This document shows, in pieces, positions 8,750-19,250 of a stretch of DNA of 64,000 nt. The position numbers and the translations under genes are program-made. The stretch comes from an uncultured Methanolobus sp. GTDB lineage: Archaea > Halobacteriota > Methanosarcinia > Methanosarcinales > Methanosarcinaceae. The number at the start of each line of letters is the position of its first letter. Within the stretch, counting starts at the first letter, position 1. The notes beneath the pieces were generated by a model that was given only the letters and a program-made list of their open reading frames with translations, ran no database searches and was not told the origin of the DNA. The stretch is taken from NCBI GenBank assembly GCA_963675495.1, contig OY776215.1, positions 1,312,001 to 1,376,000 of the forward strand, read 5' to 3'.

Positions 8750-11515
8750 ATGAAAGCAGATATCAAAGTCTTTGGCATGACATGCATGCATTGCCACAAG
8801 CGTGTGAATGATGCAATATCAGATCTTAAAGGTGTGAATTCTGTTGAGGTCAGCCTTGAAAACGAGATGGCATCTGTTGATTTCGATATAGAGACCATTG
8901 CCCTTGAGGATATTAAAAAAGCCGTTACTGACGCAGGCTATGAAATTGGTGAAGATGCCTGTCAGGTTCCTGATGAAGGAGAGGCTATATGTCCAATTAT
9001 AATTGATGACACGGAACCGGAAGAAAGCAAAGCAGAGCCAGGAACTGTTAAGGAAATTGTCTTCAAGGTCTCAGGGATGCAATGCTCTGCCTGCGCACAG
9101 AACATCGAAAAAAACCTGAATAAACAGGAAGGAGTGATATCTGCTTCTGTGAACTTGCCCATGGAAAGGGCATCTGTTAGTTACGACCCTGCGCTCATCA
9201 CCCCTGTCGATATGGAAAATGCGATCGATGACATAGGCTATCATGTTGTTAAGGATAAGCTCGTGCTTGAAGTAGGTGGGATGAAGTGTGCCGCCTGTTC
9301 CCAAAACGTTGAAAAAGTCCTCAAGAGACTGAAAAGTGTAAGTTCTGCAAGTGTTAATATTACCACAGGACGAGCACAGGTAGAATATAATTCCTCACTT
9401 TTATCAGTTGATGAGATTCGAAAAGCTGTTGAAGGAATCGGATATTCAGCAGCCCTCCCTGCCGACAGGAAAGAAGCAGAGGACAGGGAAAGGAAGGAAA
9501 GGGAACATGAGATAAAACAGCAGAAGAACAACCTGCTTATTTCCGTTGCAATTTTAATCCCTATAATGCTTGGAAATATGAAAATGATGTTTCCGGGTCC
9601 TTTTGGTTTTGTGCCAGCCCTGTTCTCTGACAGGAATCTGTTGTTTCTGCTGGCAACCATTGTTATGGTATTCCCGGGAAGACAATTCTTTGTTGGCACC
9701 TACCGTGGCCTGAAACATGGTGTCACTGACATGAACCTGCTGATTGCCACCGGTACAGGAGCAGCTTATGTCATCAGTATTGCAGCAAGTTATCTGGATC
9801 TTGGCCCTGGCTACGAACATGTGTATTACGACACAGCAGTGATGCTTATCACTTTCATCGTTTTTGGAAGATATCTGGAGGCAAGGGCAAAGGGCAGGAC
9901 ATCCGAGTCCATTAAGAAACTCATCGGCCTGCAGGCAAAGACAGCACGCATCATCGTTGCCGGTGAAGAGAAGGAAATACCTGTGGAAGATGTACAGGTT
10001 GATGACATCGTCTTTGTAAGACCCGGGGAAAAAGTACCTGTTGATGGTGTTGTCGTCGAGGGCTCGTCTGCCATGGACGAATCGATGATCACAGGAGAAA
10101 GCATACCTGTGGAAAAGAGCGTTGCTGACATGGTCATCGGTTCCACACTGAATAAATCAGGAGCACTGAAATTCAAGGCCACCAACGTTGGTGCTGACAC
10201 CGCCCTTGCGAGGATAATAGAACTTGTGGAAAATGCCCAGAACTCCAAGGCACCTATACAGCGTATAGCCGATGTTGTTGCCGGGCATTTCATTCTTGTA
10301 GTTCACATTATCGCACTGGCAGCGTTCTTCTTCTGGTACTTCATCGGCTATGAGACATTCAACGTTGCAGTACACTCAGGAATAGCAAGTCCGTTCCTGT
10401 TCTCTTTGCTTATTTCCATTACGGTGCTTGTGATTTCGTGCCCCTGTGCAGTTGGACTTGCAACACCTGCCGCAATCATGGTTGGCACCGGCAAGGGTGC
10501 AGAGAACGGAATTCTGATAAAGGGCGGTGAAGCCCTCGAGAGAACACTTAAGATAGACACTATCGTGTTCGATAAGACAGGAACCCTCACAAAAGGTAAG
10601 CCCGAACTTACCGATATTGTGCTGACTGCTGGCCATGGCAATGATGAGGTACTTACTCTTGCAGCAAGTGCGGAGAAAGGCTCAGAGCATCCACTTGGAG
10701 AAGCAATTGTGAAGGCTGCCGAGGAGAAGAAACTGGATATCAGGAATGTGGAGAAGTTCAACTCAATTGCAGGACATGGTGTTGAAGCTACTATCGATGG
10801 TAACAGGGTACTGCTTGGAACCCGCAAGCTCATGGAAGACAATGATGTTGATATTTCCTCGTTAAGTGAGAATATGGAACGTCTTGAAACAGAAGGCAAG
10901 ACTGCAATGATAGTTGCAAAAGAAGGCCAGACAATTGGAATTGTCGCTGTTGCGGATACACTCAAGGAAAACTCAAAAGAAGCTGTGGAAAAGCTGCAAA
11001 AGATGGATATCGAGGTTGTGATGCTCACCGGAGACAACCGCAGGACTGCAGATGCCATTGCGGCCCAGCTTGGAATTAACAGAGTGCTATCAGAAGTGCT
11101 TCCTGGAGACAAAGCATCGGAGATCAAGAAACTCCAGGATGAAGGCAGGATCGTCGCAATGGTTGGAGACGGTATCAATGATGCACCTGCACTCACACAA
11201 TCCGACATTGGCATTGCAATGGGAGCAGGAACGGATGTTGCAATGGAATCCGCACAGATAGTCCTGATAAAGAATGACCTCAGGGACGTATTGGCCTCTA
11301 TAAGATTGAGCCGCCTTACAATGAACAAGATCAAGCAGAACCTCTTCTGGGCATTTGGTTACAACAGTATTGGCATACCGCTTGCAGCAGGAGTACTGTA
11401 TCCATTCATAACAAAAATAGTCATCAGCCCAGAACTTGCAGCGGCTTTCATGGCAATGAGCTCTGTTTCGGTCACAACTAATTCCCTGCTCATGAAGAGA
11501 AGCAGGATAAAATAA
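8750..11515 (+). CDS. copA: Cu(I)-exporting P1B-type ATPase
   Basis: Three HMA domains (CMHC, CSAC, CAAC), TGES, CPC, DKTGT, GDGIND, YN and MxxSS motifs. Confidence 0.95.
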   Translation: MKADIKVFGMTCMHCHKRVNDAISDLKGVNSVEVSLENEMASVDFDIETIALEDIKKAVTDAGYEIGEDACQVPDEGEAICPIIIDDTEPEESKAEPGTVKEIVFKVSGMQCSACAQNIEKNLNKQEGVISASVNLPMERASVSYDPALITPVDMENAIDDIGYHVVKDKLVLEVGGMKCAACSQNVEKVLKRLKSVSSASVNITTGRAQVEYNSSLLSVDEIRKAVEGIGYSAALPADRKEAEDRERKEREHEIKQQKNNLLISVAILIPIMLGNMKMMFPGPFGFVPALFSDRNLLFLLATIVMVFPGRQFFVGTYRGLKHGVTDMNLLIATGTGAAYVISIAASYLDLGPGYEHVYYDTAVMLITFIVFGRYLEARAKGRTSESIKKLIGLQAKTARIIVAGEEKEIPVEDVQVDDIVFVRPGEKVPVDGVVVEGSSAMDESMITGESIPVEKSVADMVIGSTLNKSGALKFKATNVGADTALARIIELVENAQNSKAPIQRIADVVAGHFILVVHIIALAAFFFWYFIGYETFNVAVHSGIASPFLFSLLISITVLVISCPCAVGLATPAAIMVGTGKGAENGILIKGGEALERTLKIDTIVFDKTGTLTKGKPELTDIVLTAGHGNDEVLTLAASAEKGSEHPLGEAIVKAAEEKKLDIRNVEKFNSIAGHGVEATIDGNRVLLGTRKLMEDNDVDISSLSENMERLETEGKTAMIVAKEGQTIGIVAVADTLKENSKEAVEKLQKMDIEVVMLTGDNRRTADAIAAQLGINRVLSEVLPGDKASEIKKLQDEGRIVAMVGDGINDAPALTQSDIGIAMGAGTDVAMESAQIVLIKNDLRDVLASIRLSRLTMNKIKQNLFWAFGYNSIGIPLAAGVLYPFITKIVISPELAAAFMAMSSVSVTTNSLLMKRSRIK

Positions 11516-11527
11516 GGAGATGGTCAC

Positions 11528-11761
11528 ATGGATAATGTTTCAGGGAAGAATACAGGAAAATACTCACTCATCGCGAGCGTAGCTTCTTCACTTTTACTTG
11601 TCATCATCTTTACAGGATTTTCACTTTTGGTTAATAGCTCCAGAACCGTTCCACTGTACAGCCAGGTGGACATCATTGCAGGCATGGTCTTTGTGTTCAT
11701 CCTGAGTATGATAGTAGCGGCTTCGGTGTGGCCGGGAGTAATTGAGAAATATTTAGAATAA
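11528..11761 (+). CDS. small two-TM membrane protein
   Basis: GGAG RBS, 12 nt after copA stop, two hydrophobic stretches. Confidence 0.65.
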   Translation: MDNVSGKNTGKYSLIASVASSLLLVIIFTGFSLLVNSSRTVPLYSQVDIIAGMVFVFILSMIVAASVWPGVIEKYLE

Positions 11762-11823
11762 CAATATATTCTATAAAAGCAAGAAAATGCACACTTTTCT
11801 AAAAACTTTAAGTTGGTGATTTA

Positions 11824-12393
11824 ATGATACTTAATACTAAAATGATGCCAGAAGCAGAAGTTAGTCTTAATCTTGCACTATATCTTATTCTAAATGATTT
11901 TGTTACATCGAATGTAATGGTAGCCATCGATGGGGCACAGGTTAAAACAGGCAATAACATTCACTTTCCAATTGAAGAATTTATGGCAAAAAACAACTGC
12001 AAAATAATCGAAAAACAAAATGATTGGAGAGGAACTTACAAAATAAAAAATGCTGCATATAATATTGAAGTCCATTCTTCCCCAGGAAAAGGAGATGTTG
12101 TTGCAAAACTAATTAATGGTGTTGATTTGCGCGTTGAAAGCAAAAAAGGCCCTCTAACAAATAGTAAAAGTTCTAAAGAATATCCATTGATGAGAGAAGC
12201 AATTGGTCAACTTATGACTATTGGAGAATATAATGCCAACGATAAATTAGCGATTGCAATTCCAAATTCACCAAAATTCAAAAGCCTTTCTGAAACATGG
12301 AAAAAGGCACCCCTTATTCAAAAAAATAATCTTTGTTTTTTATTAGTTAATCGAAATGGAAATGTAGAGGGAATTGAAGAAATATTGTATTAA
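11824..12393 (+). CDS. AT-rich hypothetical protein, PD-(D/E)xK nuclease-like
   Basis: GKGDVVAK...LRVESKKG...EAIGQL pattern. Visibly more AT-rich than its neighbours. The true start may be a few codons downstream. Confidence 0.6.
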   Translation: MILNTKMMPEAEVSLNLALYLILNDFVTSNVMVAIDGAQVKTGNNIHFPIEEFMAKNNCKIIEKQNDWRGTYKIKNAAYNIEVHSSPGKGDVVAKLINGVDLRVESKKGPLTNSKSSKEYPLMREAIGQLMTIGEYNANDKLAIAIPNSPKFKSLSETWKKAPLIQKNNLCFLLVNRNGNVEGIEEILY

Positions 12394-12429
12394 GAATCCT
12401 ACAACCACCCCGCTAGAAATAATTTAATT

Positions 12430-13410
12430 TCATTCCATATCCAGATGCGGATTGATATCGCACCCTGTGCATGGCAGGCACATAGTATCAAAAGTATCTG
12501 CACGCAGGCCATACTCATCCAGTATTTCCCTCAGGAAGCGGTTGAGATGCAATAACCTTTCAGCAGATGGCCTTTCTATTGTAACCTCACCTTCGCGTAA
12601 CGGGTGTCTGGCGGCTGCCCTGAGAATTGGAACAACACCTATTGACACCAGTTCTTCAATACCTTTCTCGGCAGACTCATCTGTTTCCCCCAGACCAATG
12701 ATGAAATTAGAGCAGACTTTATTCTTTCCGAATATCTCAACGCCTTCCCTTAGTGCATCAAGTAAGTGTCCAAGGTCCTGATCGGGACAGACTACGGCGT
12801 AGATATCCCTGTCCATGGTCTCAACGTTGTATTTGAGTTCGTCAGCACCGGCATCCTTAAGCCTGCGTGTGCAGCCCTCAGTAGGATATACGGAAACACC
12901 GATTGGAACATTATATATTTCTCTGAGCTTGCGAATAAGTTCCTCAGCCCTGTCAACTTCTTTTTCTGCGGAGATCTCGACACCTGATGTAATGGAAATT
13001 GCCTTCATCCTGCCGGTACTGTCGGCATCTGCAATCATCTTCAGCATCTCATCCATTGTCTTGACCTTACCACCCAGCTTTGGAACCGGACAGAACTTAC
13101 AATCATAAATGCATTTTTCACACATTGTTATGAAAGCCTGATCCGGGCAATGAATGAGTTCTTCTTCAATGCTGCCTCTTGCGATCTCAACATCGTCCTT
13201 TCTTATCACAAGGTCCCCATTTTCCATTTCTGCAGTTAATGGAGATTCTTTTTTAACAGCGAGACGCACACGATGTCCACCTGAATTGAAGAAGAATGCC
13301 ACATTCCCGGCTCCAGGACCGGCTGTGGGGATGGTCAGGTGGTGGATGAGGGCAGGATCCATATTTACGGAACCTACTGAGATGAGTTGTGCTTTGGTTT
13401 CTGCGTTCAT
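12430..13410 (-). CDS. radical SAM protein (biotin-synthase-related)
   Basis: CIYDCKFC (CxxxCxxC), ITSG, SNFIIGLGE, C-terminal CLPCTGC. Confidence 0.85.
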   Translation of the reverse strand: MNAETKAQLISVGSVNMDPALIHHLTIPTAGPGAGNVAFFFNSGGHRVRLAVKKESPLTAEMENGDLVIRKDDVEIARGSIEEELIHCPDQAFITMCEKCIYDCKFCPVPKLGGKVKTMDEMLKMIADADSTGRMKAISITSGVEISAEKEVDRAEELIRKLREIYNVPIGVSVYPTEGCTRRLKDAGADELKYNVETMDRDIYAVVCPDQDLGHLLDALREGVEIFGKNKVCSNFIIGLGETDESAEKGIEELVSIGVVPILRAAARHPLREGEVTIERPSAERLLHLNRFLREILDEYGLRADTFDTMCLPCTGCDINPHLDME

Positions 13411-13464
13411 GAATTCTCCATTATAATGAAAGTGTGACCATTTTTAGCAATATACTTACATAGC

Positions 13465-14334
13465 CTATTTTTGCCTGGAATACTTTATTGTTTCCCCAAA
13501 ATGATCCATACCACACCGGTCGATGACATCTCCTAGCCGTTCACCTTCAAGTGCATTCTGGCGATAATAGTCAATGGTCCTTTCAAGGACATCAAATACA
13601 ACTTCCTCTTTGTCCGTCCTGAGAAACTGGTCACCCATGCGTGGCCTTTTACCTACTTTGCCACCAACGAAAATCGTGAACCCTTTCGTCTTTGTTTGCA
13701 TAGCATCTTTCAGGCATGCTGCAATGCATAAACCACATGTGATACATTTATGCATATCAAGATACAGGCTACCATTTTCTATTTTTATGGCAGAAATCCC
13801 ACATGCTTTTTCACATTGCCTGCACATGACACAATTGTCTTCAATGAAGACCGGTTCTTCAAAACCCATGATACCGAAATCGTTTTCCTGAACTTTCAGG
13901 CAGGATGATGGGCAACCTGTTACTGCAATTTTGAACTTATAAGGAACTGGTTTTGCAAAGTACATCTCATCAATTTTGTCGCATATTGCCTGACAGTCAA
14001 TTAGACCACGTTTACATACACTGTCTCCCTGGCATGCTACGACTGCTCTTATCTTTTTTCCAGAAGCTCCCGGACTTATTCCCGCAGAAGCCATTTGCTT
14101 ACTGGCACCATCTGTGTTATCAAGATGAACGAACGGTATCTCCATGCCCTGACGGGAGGTCACGTGTACATAGCCCTTACCGTATCTGTCGGCAGCATTG
14201 GCCACTGCCCTTAGATAGTCGGATGTCAGATTGCCACCTGCAGCATGCAAGCGCATGGAGAAGTAATCATCCTGCTTTTGGGAAAGAAAACCTTTTTCCT
14301 TCAGCAGATTTTTGTCTGTATTTCTTTTTACCAT
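13465..14334 (-). CDS. siroheme sulfite/nitrite reductase-like protein with 2x[4Fe-4S] domain (Dsr-like protein)
   Basis: HVTSRQG, CQGDSVC (Cx5C), KFKIAVTGCPSSC (Cx3C), CVMCRQC..AC and CITCGLC..AC, GGKVG, GERLG. Confidence 0.88.
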   Translation of the reverse strand: MVKRNTDKNLLKEKGFLSQKQDDYFSMRLHAAGGNLTSDYLRAVANAADRYGKGYVHVTSRQGMEIPFVHLDNTDGASKQMASAGISPGASGKKIRAVVACQGDSVCKRGLIDCQAICDKIDEMYFAKPVPYKFKIAVTGCPSSCLKVQENDFGIMGFEEPVFIEDNCVMCRQCEKACGISAIKIENGSLYLDMHKCITCGLCIAACLKDAMQTKTKGFTIFVGGKVGKRPRMGDQFLRTDKEEVVFDVLERTIDYYRQNALEGERLGDVIDRCGMDHFGETIKYSRQK

Positions 14335-14475
14335 TTAGGTCACTTTCTGTTTCCAGTTATATGGAATTTATTTGAAACACCCATCAAGAGTGATGGAATA
14401 GATTGACGATTTAGTAATAGATAAATAGCATAAAAACATTTTGGAATGTCCCCATAATACATAGAAGTATCATTA

Positions 14476-14507
14476 ATAATCATGATGCTGCGAACCATCA
14501 TGATTAT
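14476..14507. promoter_or_regulatory. 12-bp perfect inverted repeat in divergent promoter region
   Basis: ATAATCATGATG-ctgcgaac-CATCATGATTAT. Confidence 0.5.
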
Positions 14508-14585
14508 ATTATTCAAATTTTGTTTTATACCATAAGAACAATATAATGCATCCTAAAAGGACATCCGTGATCCTGGGAGATTAAG

Positions 14586-15746
14586 ATGCCGATCGATCCT
14601 ATATGTAAGAAAATTGTCCCCGAGGACACTTCGTGTAATACAGAATACGGAGGAAAAACGTATCATTTTTGTTCAGATTGGTGCCAGGTTAAATTCGAGC
14701 ACCTCGAAAAAAGTGTTATCCGAATGAAAAGATCCATTCCTGAAAAAGAGCGCATATCTTTTGGGAAACTCAGGAAAGATATAATCAAGCCGGGAATCTG
14801 TACTTTATGTGGAGCCTGTTCAGCTACATGCGAGTCCATAGCTATCAAGAACGATCAGCCTACTCTTGTTGACAAGTGTACGGCATGTGGTGTTTGCTAT
14901 AACCAGTGTCCACGGACCATAACCACTGAAGAGGGACTTATCGGAAAACTACGCAATGCTTACAGTGCACGTTCAGCACTTCCTGATATTAAAGGACAGG
15001 ATGGCGGAGTTGTGACTTCCATGCTTGCTTATGCACTTGATGAAGGACTCATCGACTGTGCTATCGTCACCAAAAGGTCAGAAGAAGAGCCTTGGAAACC
15101 CGTACCTATGATCGCACGGACATGTGAGGAATTGCTGGATTCATCCGGTAGTATGTACAGCCACAGCATGACGCTGAGTGCGTTAATGAGTGCCATAAAA
15201 CAGGGCTGGAGAAGTATTGCTTTTGTGGGTCCAAGTTGTAATATCGATGCTGTCACCAAGATGCAAAAAAGCCCATACGGGTTTTTGAATCTCTTCATGA
15301 GAGCAAATATACTTAAAATGGGACTGTTCTGCATGGATACCTTCTATTATGAGGGAATCAAGGAATTCGTGGAAAGTAAAAACATTCGACTGGAAGATAT
15401 TGAATCCATGAAGATACGTAAAGGCCAGTTCGAATTCCATACTCCTGAAGAGCTAAAGGTCTACCCGCTCCATGAAATGGATATGTACAGGAGCAGCTCA
15501 TGCAAATTTTGTACGGATATGGCTTCTGAAAATGCCGATATTTCTTTTGGAGGCGTTGGTACACCACAGGGATGGACCACAGTTCTTGCCCGCTCCGGCC
15601 TGGGATATGAGTTATACAATGAAGCTGTCGATAGTGGCTACATAGACTCACACCTGCTTGAAGAAAAAGAAATGAAAGGTGCTCTTAACCTTGCGAAGAT
15701 GAAGAAGATCCAGATGTATTCACTCAACCGCAGGCAGAATCTTTGA
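14586..15746 (+). CDS. F420-binding FrhB/FdhB-family protein with N-terminal YHS/TRASH domain and 2x[4Fe-4S]
   Basis: DPIC...YGGKTYHFCSDWC (YHS), CTLCGAC and CTACGVC, QDGGVVT, VGPSC, GLFC, CKFC.D...ADISFG.VG..GWT. Confidence 0.85.
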   Translation: MPIDPICKKIVPEDTSCNTEYGGKTYHFCSDWCQVKFEHLEKSVIRMKRSIPEKERISFGKLRKDIIKPGICTLCGACSATCESIAIKNDQPTLVDKCTACGVCYNQCPRTITTEEGLIGKLRNAYSARSALPDIKGQDGGVVTSMLAYALDEGLIDCAIVTKRSEEEPWKPVPMIARTCEELLDSSGSMYSHSMTLSALMSAIKQGWRSIAFVGPSCNIDAVTKMQKSPYGFLNLFMRANILKMGLFCMDTFYYEGIKEFVESKNIRLEDIESMKIRKGQFEFHTPEELKVYPLHEMDMYRSSSCKFCTDMASENADISFGGVGTPQGWTTVLARSGLGYELYNEAVDSGYIDSHLLEEKEMKGALNLAKMKKIQMYSLNRRQNL

Positions 15747-15923
15747 GAGCATAAAGCAAGATCATGTATGAGACAGATTTTGTTAATAAACAGATAATGA
15801 ACTAAAATTCTTGTTATTGGAATTACCTATTAAAAATTACTTTTGTTATTGAATATTGTAATGAGTTAATGTTATAAAGTATCAAAAAAAGTTTTATTTG
15901 ATAGAACTACGGGGCTTGATGTT

Positions 15924-16382
15924 ATGGGTGAAAAAATAAAAGATCAAAAGATACTTGAAGAAATACTGTTGGAAGCGCAATATCTGAGATTGGCACTTTG
16001 CAATGATGACAGACCTTACATCGTACCAATGTCATTCGGATACAAAAATGATGCAGTTTATTTACACAGCTCCAGAAAAGGTACTAAAATTGATTTGATA
16101 CGAAAAAACAAGAATGTTTGTTTTGAAGTAGATGATTTTTATCAAACCCTCCCATCAGATGAGCCCTGCTCATATTACATGAAGTATCGAAGCATTGTTG
16201 GATACGGAACAGCAACAATCCTGGGAAAGAAAGAGGAAATTAAAGATGGTCTTCAAATCATAATTGACCACTTCCACAATAAAGAATATAGTATTGATGA
16301 CCTGAATCTTAATGGAGTAGCTGTTATTCGTATTGATGTGGAGGATATGCATGGCAGACAATATGGAATGGACTCTGAGTAA
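15924..16382 (+). CDS. pyridoxamine 5'-phosphate oxidase-like flavin-binding protein (NimA-like)
   Basis: RLAL...PYIVPMSF...YLHS...G.K...N.NVCFEVD, YRSIVGYG. Confidence 0.85.
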   Translation: MGEKIKDQKILEEILLEAQYLRLALCNDDRPYIVPMSFGYKNDAVYLHSSRKGTKIDLIRKNKNVCFEVDDFYQTLPSDEPCSYYMKYRSIVGYGTATILGKKEEIKDGLQIIIDHFHNKEYSIDDLNLNGVAVIRIDVEDMHGRQYGMDSE

Positions 16383-16416
16383 TCATATCTGAATGACTAT
16401 TGGGAAGTAATTTTTG

Positions 16417-18351
16417 ATGAAATACGGGCTTGGAATAGATGCAGGCGGCACATACACCGATGCCGTCATCCTGAGCGAAGTTGACGGCAGGATAGTGGAG
16501 AGTACAAAATCGCCAACTACATATCCAGATCCACTCACTGGAATCCAGAATGCACTTGACTTACTGAATCCCTCTTACCTGAAAAATGTATCAAAAGTAT
16601 CTATTTCCACAACCCTTGCAACAAATTCCCTTCTTGAGAACACTGTTTCAGAACAATCCGGGTATAATGTTGCACTTATAATGATAGGTGCCATAGACAT
16701 TGACAAAAAATCAGATGTCTCTTATTACATTAATGTGAGAGGCGGACATAACCCAAATGGGTTTGAATGCCAGTCATTAGACACCGCGGGAATCAGAGAT
16801 TATGTTCTTGAAGTAAAAGACAAAGTCTCTGCTTTTGCTATATCCTCTTGTTTTAGTGTCCGCAATCCAGATCACGAACTCAAAGCTAAAGAGATATGTG
16901 AGGAAATTACGGGCTTACCTGTGGTTTGCGGACATGAGCTTTCACAGTCACTGGGTTCTTACGAAAGAGGAATAACCGCTTATCTGAATGCTCAATTAGT
17001 TCCTATTACGACACAGTTCATGAATACAATTGTCTCAGAGATAAAAAGGCGTGGAATTGAGGCAAGAATTACAATGCTCAAGTGTGACGGTTCTGTTGTA
17101 GACATCAAGGAAGCCCTCAGGCATCCGATAGAATCAGTGTTTACAGGACCTGCTGCCAGCCTTGTTGGCGCATCCTATCTAGCTGGAATCAGCAATTGTA
17201 TTGCAATTGACGTTGGTGGAACCAGTACTGACGTTGCAAAAATAACTGATGGGGTACCTGAAGTAACGGATGAAGGAGCCGTTGTTGGAGGCTGGCACAC
17301 AAAAGTAAAAGCCATACGCATGGAAACCTCAGCCATGGGAGGCGACAGCCATGTATGGATCAAGAACGGAAAATTAAACATTGGACCACGCAAGGTGATT
17401 CCGCTTTGTGTCGCTGCAACAAAGTGGCCAATTGTCAAGGAAAAACTGAAAGGAAGAAATATCCTTTCAAAAATGCAGTTAACAGAAAACATACAGCAAA
17501 CCAAATTTTTTATTCGGACAGGCAACAAGCCCGGCAGGTTGAGCAAGACGGAAAAAGAATTATATGACTGTATAGGTGATGAGCCTGCTTCTATTAAGGA
17601 AATTTTCACTACCGATATACCTTCTTCTGTGTTTCTGGACATCTTAATAAAGAAAGATCTTATACAGGCAATAGGGTTCACTCCAACAGATGCCTTACAT
17701 GTTCTGGGAGATTACACTGAATGGGATGGCGAAGCTTGCATAATTGCGGCTGAATTACTGGGTGGAATGACTTCTTCAGATGGACTGCAGTTTTGTAAAG
17801 ATGTTAAGAATCAATTCACACAAAACATGGCTGTCTATGTCATGGCATACCTCTTGAAAGATATCGATCATGCAGATATCAAAAAAATAATTGAGAACAG
17901 GGATGAATACATCACAAAGTTCAAGATCGCAACGCCGGTGGTTTTACTGGGTGCCCCGGTCCAGGCTTACGTTGATGATATCAGGGATATGATCGATACG
18001 GAAATCATCTTGCCAGAATATGCAGAAGTCGGAAATGCTGTCGGTGCGCTTGTGGGTAAAATGACAAAAAGGATTGAAATACTCATTCGTAAGATATACG
18101 AAGGTAACAAGCCTGTCATAATGATGTTTTTCCCGGAAGGAAGAAAACGATTCAATAGTTACTCCTCTGCTCTTGAGGAAGCAGATGTTGTGGGAAGACG
18201 GCTCATAACGGACTACCTGAACGGTTCCAGCCTTCCAATCCAGGAATTAAATATAGAAGTTATAAGACAGGATGTCAAAGCCATTGAAGAAGATAGATCC
18301 CCAATGGAGATCAAACTTGTTTTCATAGGTGTGGGAACAGTCGATAATTGA
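16417..18351 (+). CDS. hydantoinase/oxoprolinase family protein
   Basis: LGIDAGGTYTDA, STTLATN, GPAAS, DVGGTSTD, GGDS, FTPTDALH, GNAVGA. Confidence 0.88.
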   Translation: MKYGLGIDAGGTYTDAVILSEVDGRIVESTKSPTTYPDPLTGIQNALDLLNPSYLKNVSKVSISTTLATNSLLENTVSEQSGYNVALIMIGAIDIDKKSDVSYYINVRGGHNPNGFECQSLDTAGIRDYVLEVKDKVSAFAISSCFSVRNPDHELKAKEICEEITGLPVVCGHELSQSLGSYERGITAYLNAQLVPITTQFMNTIVSEIKRRGIEARITMLKCDGSVVDIKEALRHPIESVFTGPAASLVGASYLAGISNCIAIDVGGTSTDVAKITDGVPEVTDEGAVVGGWHTKVKAIRMETSAMGGDSHVWIKNGKLNIGPRKVIPLCVAATKWPIVKEKLKGRNILSKMQLTENIQQTKFFIRTGNKPGRLSKTEKELYDCIGDEPASIKEIFTTDIPSSVFLDILIKKDLIQAIGFTPTDALHVLGDYTEWDGEACIIAAELLGGMTSSDGLQFCKDVKNQFTQNMAVYVMAYLLKDIDHADIKKIIENRDEYITKFKIATPVVLLGAPVQAYVDDIRDMIDTEIILPEYAEVGNAVGALVGKMTKRIEILIRKIYEGNKPVIMMFFPEGRKRFNSYSSALEEADVVGRRLITDYLNGSSLPIQELNIEVIRQDVKAIEEDRSPMEIKLVFIGVGTVDN

Positions 18352-18395
18352 CGCAAAACCCTACTTTTTTAAGCATCTTAAGCCAATGTTCTATT

Positions 18396-19202
18396 ATGAC
18401 CCCCTATGATTACGTCCACGGTTACTCCGAAAGAGAATCAGTCCGCCTCTGTGACCAGGCAAATACACTGGAAGAGCTCCTGCACAGCGATACAAAATAC
18501 CCGCCAAACAGCAAAGTGCTTGAAGCCGGATGCGGCATTGGTGCACAGACGGTAATCCTCTCAAAAAATAGCCCTCAGGCACAGATAACATCTATAGACA
18601 TATCCGAGGACTCCCTGAACAAAGCCAAAGAACGTGCCGCCAAAGAGGGAGTCAAGAATGTAGAGTTCCGCGTGGAAAGTATTTTTCACCTCCCCTTTGA
18701 GGATGAGAGCTTCGACCACATTTTCGTCTGCTTTGTGCTCGAACACCTAAATGAACCGGTTCGGGCTCTTGCAAACCTGCGCAGAGTACTCCGCAAAGGC
18801 GGCACCATCACGGTCATCGAAGGAGACCACGGCTCATGTTTCTTCCACCCCGAAACAGAGGACGCAGTAAAAGCCTGGAACAGCCTTGTTGAAGTTCAGG
18901 CAAGACTTGACGGAAATTCACTCATCGGCAGGCAGATCTATCCGCTTATCAAAAAAGCAGGCTTCACTGACATTGCAGTCTCACCCCGCATGGCCTACAG
19001 CGATTCCAGTAGACCGCACATGGAAGAAGGTTTTGTGAGAAAGACCATCATTCCTATGGTTGAAGGTATCAGGGAAAGTGCGATTGAGATGGGAATTATT
19101 GATGCGGAGACTTTTGACAGGGGAATTGAGGATCTGCACAGGACGGCAGAGGAGTACGGGACTTTTAATTATATGTTCTTTAAGGGTGTGGGGAGGAAAT
19201 AA
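18396..19202 (+). CDS. class I SAM-dependent methyltransferase
   Basis: VLEAGCGIG motif I, LPFEDESFD, CFVLEH, EGDHGS. Start placed at ATG 18396. Confidence 0.88.
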   Translation: MTPYDYVHGYSERESVRLCDQANTLEELLHSDTKYPPNSKVLEAGCGIGAQTVILSKNSPQAQITSIDISEDSLNKAKERAAKEGVKNVEFRVESIFHLPFEDESFDHIFVCFVLEHLNEPVRALANLRRVLRKGGTITVIEGDHGSCFFHPETEDAVKAWNSLVEVQARLDGNSLIGRQIYPLIKKAGFTDIAVSPRMAYSDSSRPHMEEGFVRKTIIPMVEGIRESAIEMGIIDAETFDRGIEDLHRTAEEYGTFNYMFFKGVGRK

Positions 19203-19250
19203 ATAATAGATAAGTTTTCCTATATTATGATGCATTTCTAAGTACATTAT

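Noticed and set aside
10348-11334. 328-aa antisense ORF and similar shadow ORFs
   Set aside because: They lie entirely opposite well-supported genes (here copA) and reflect codon bias.
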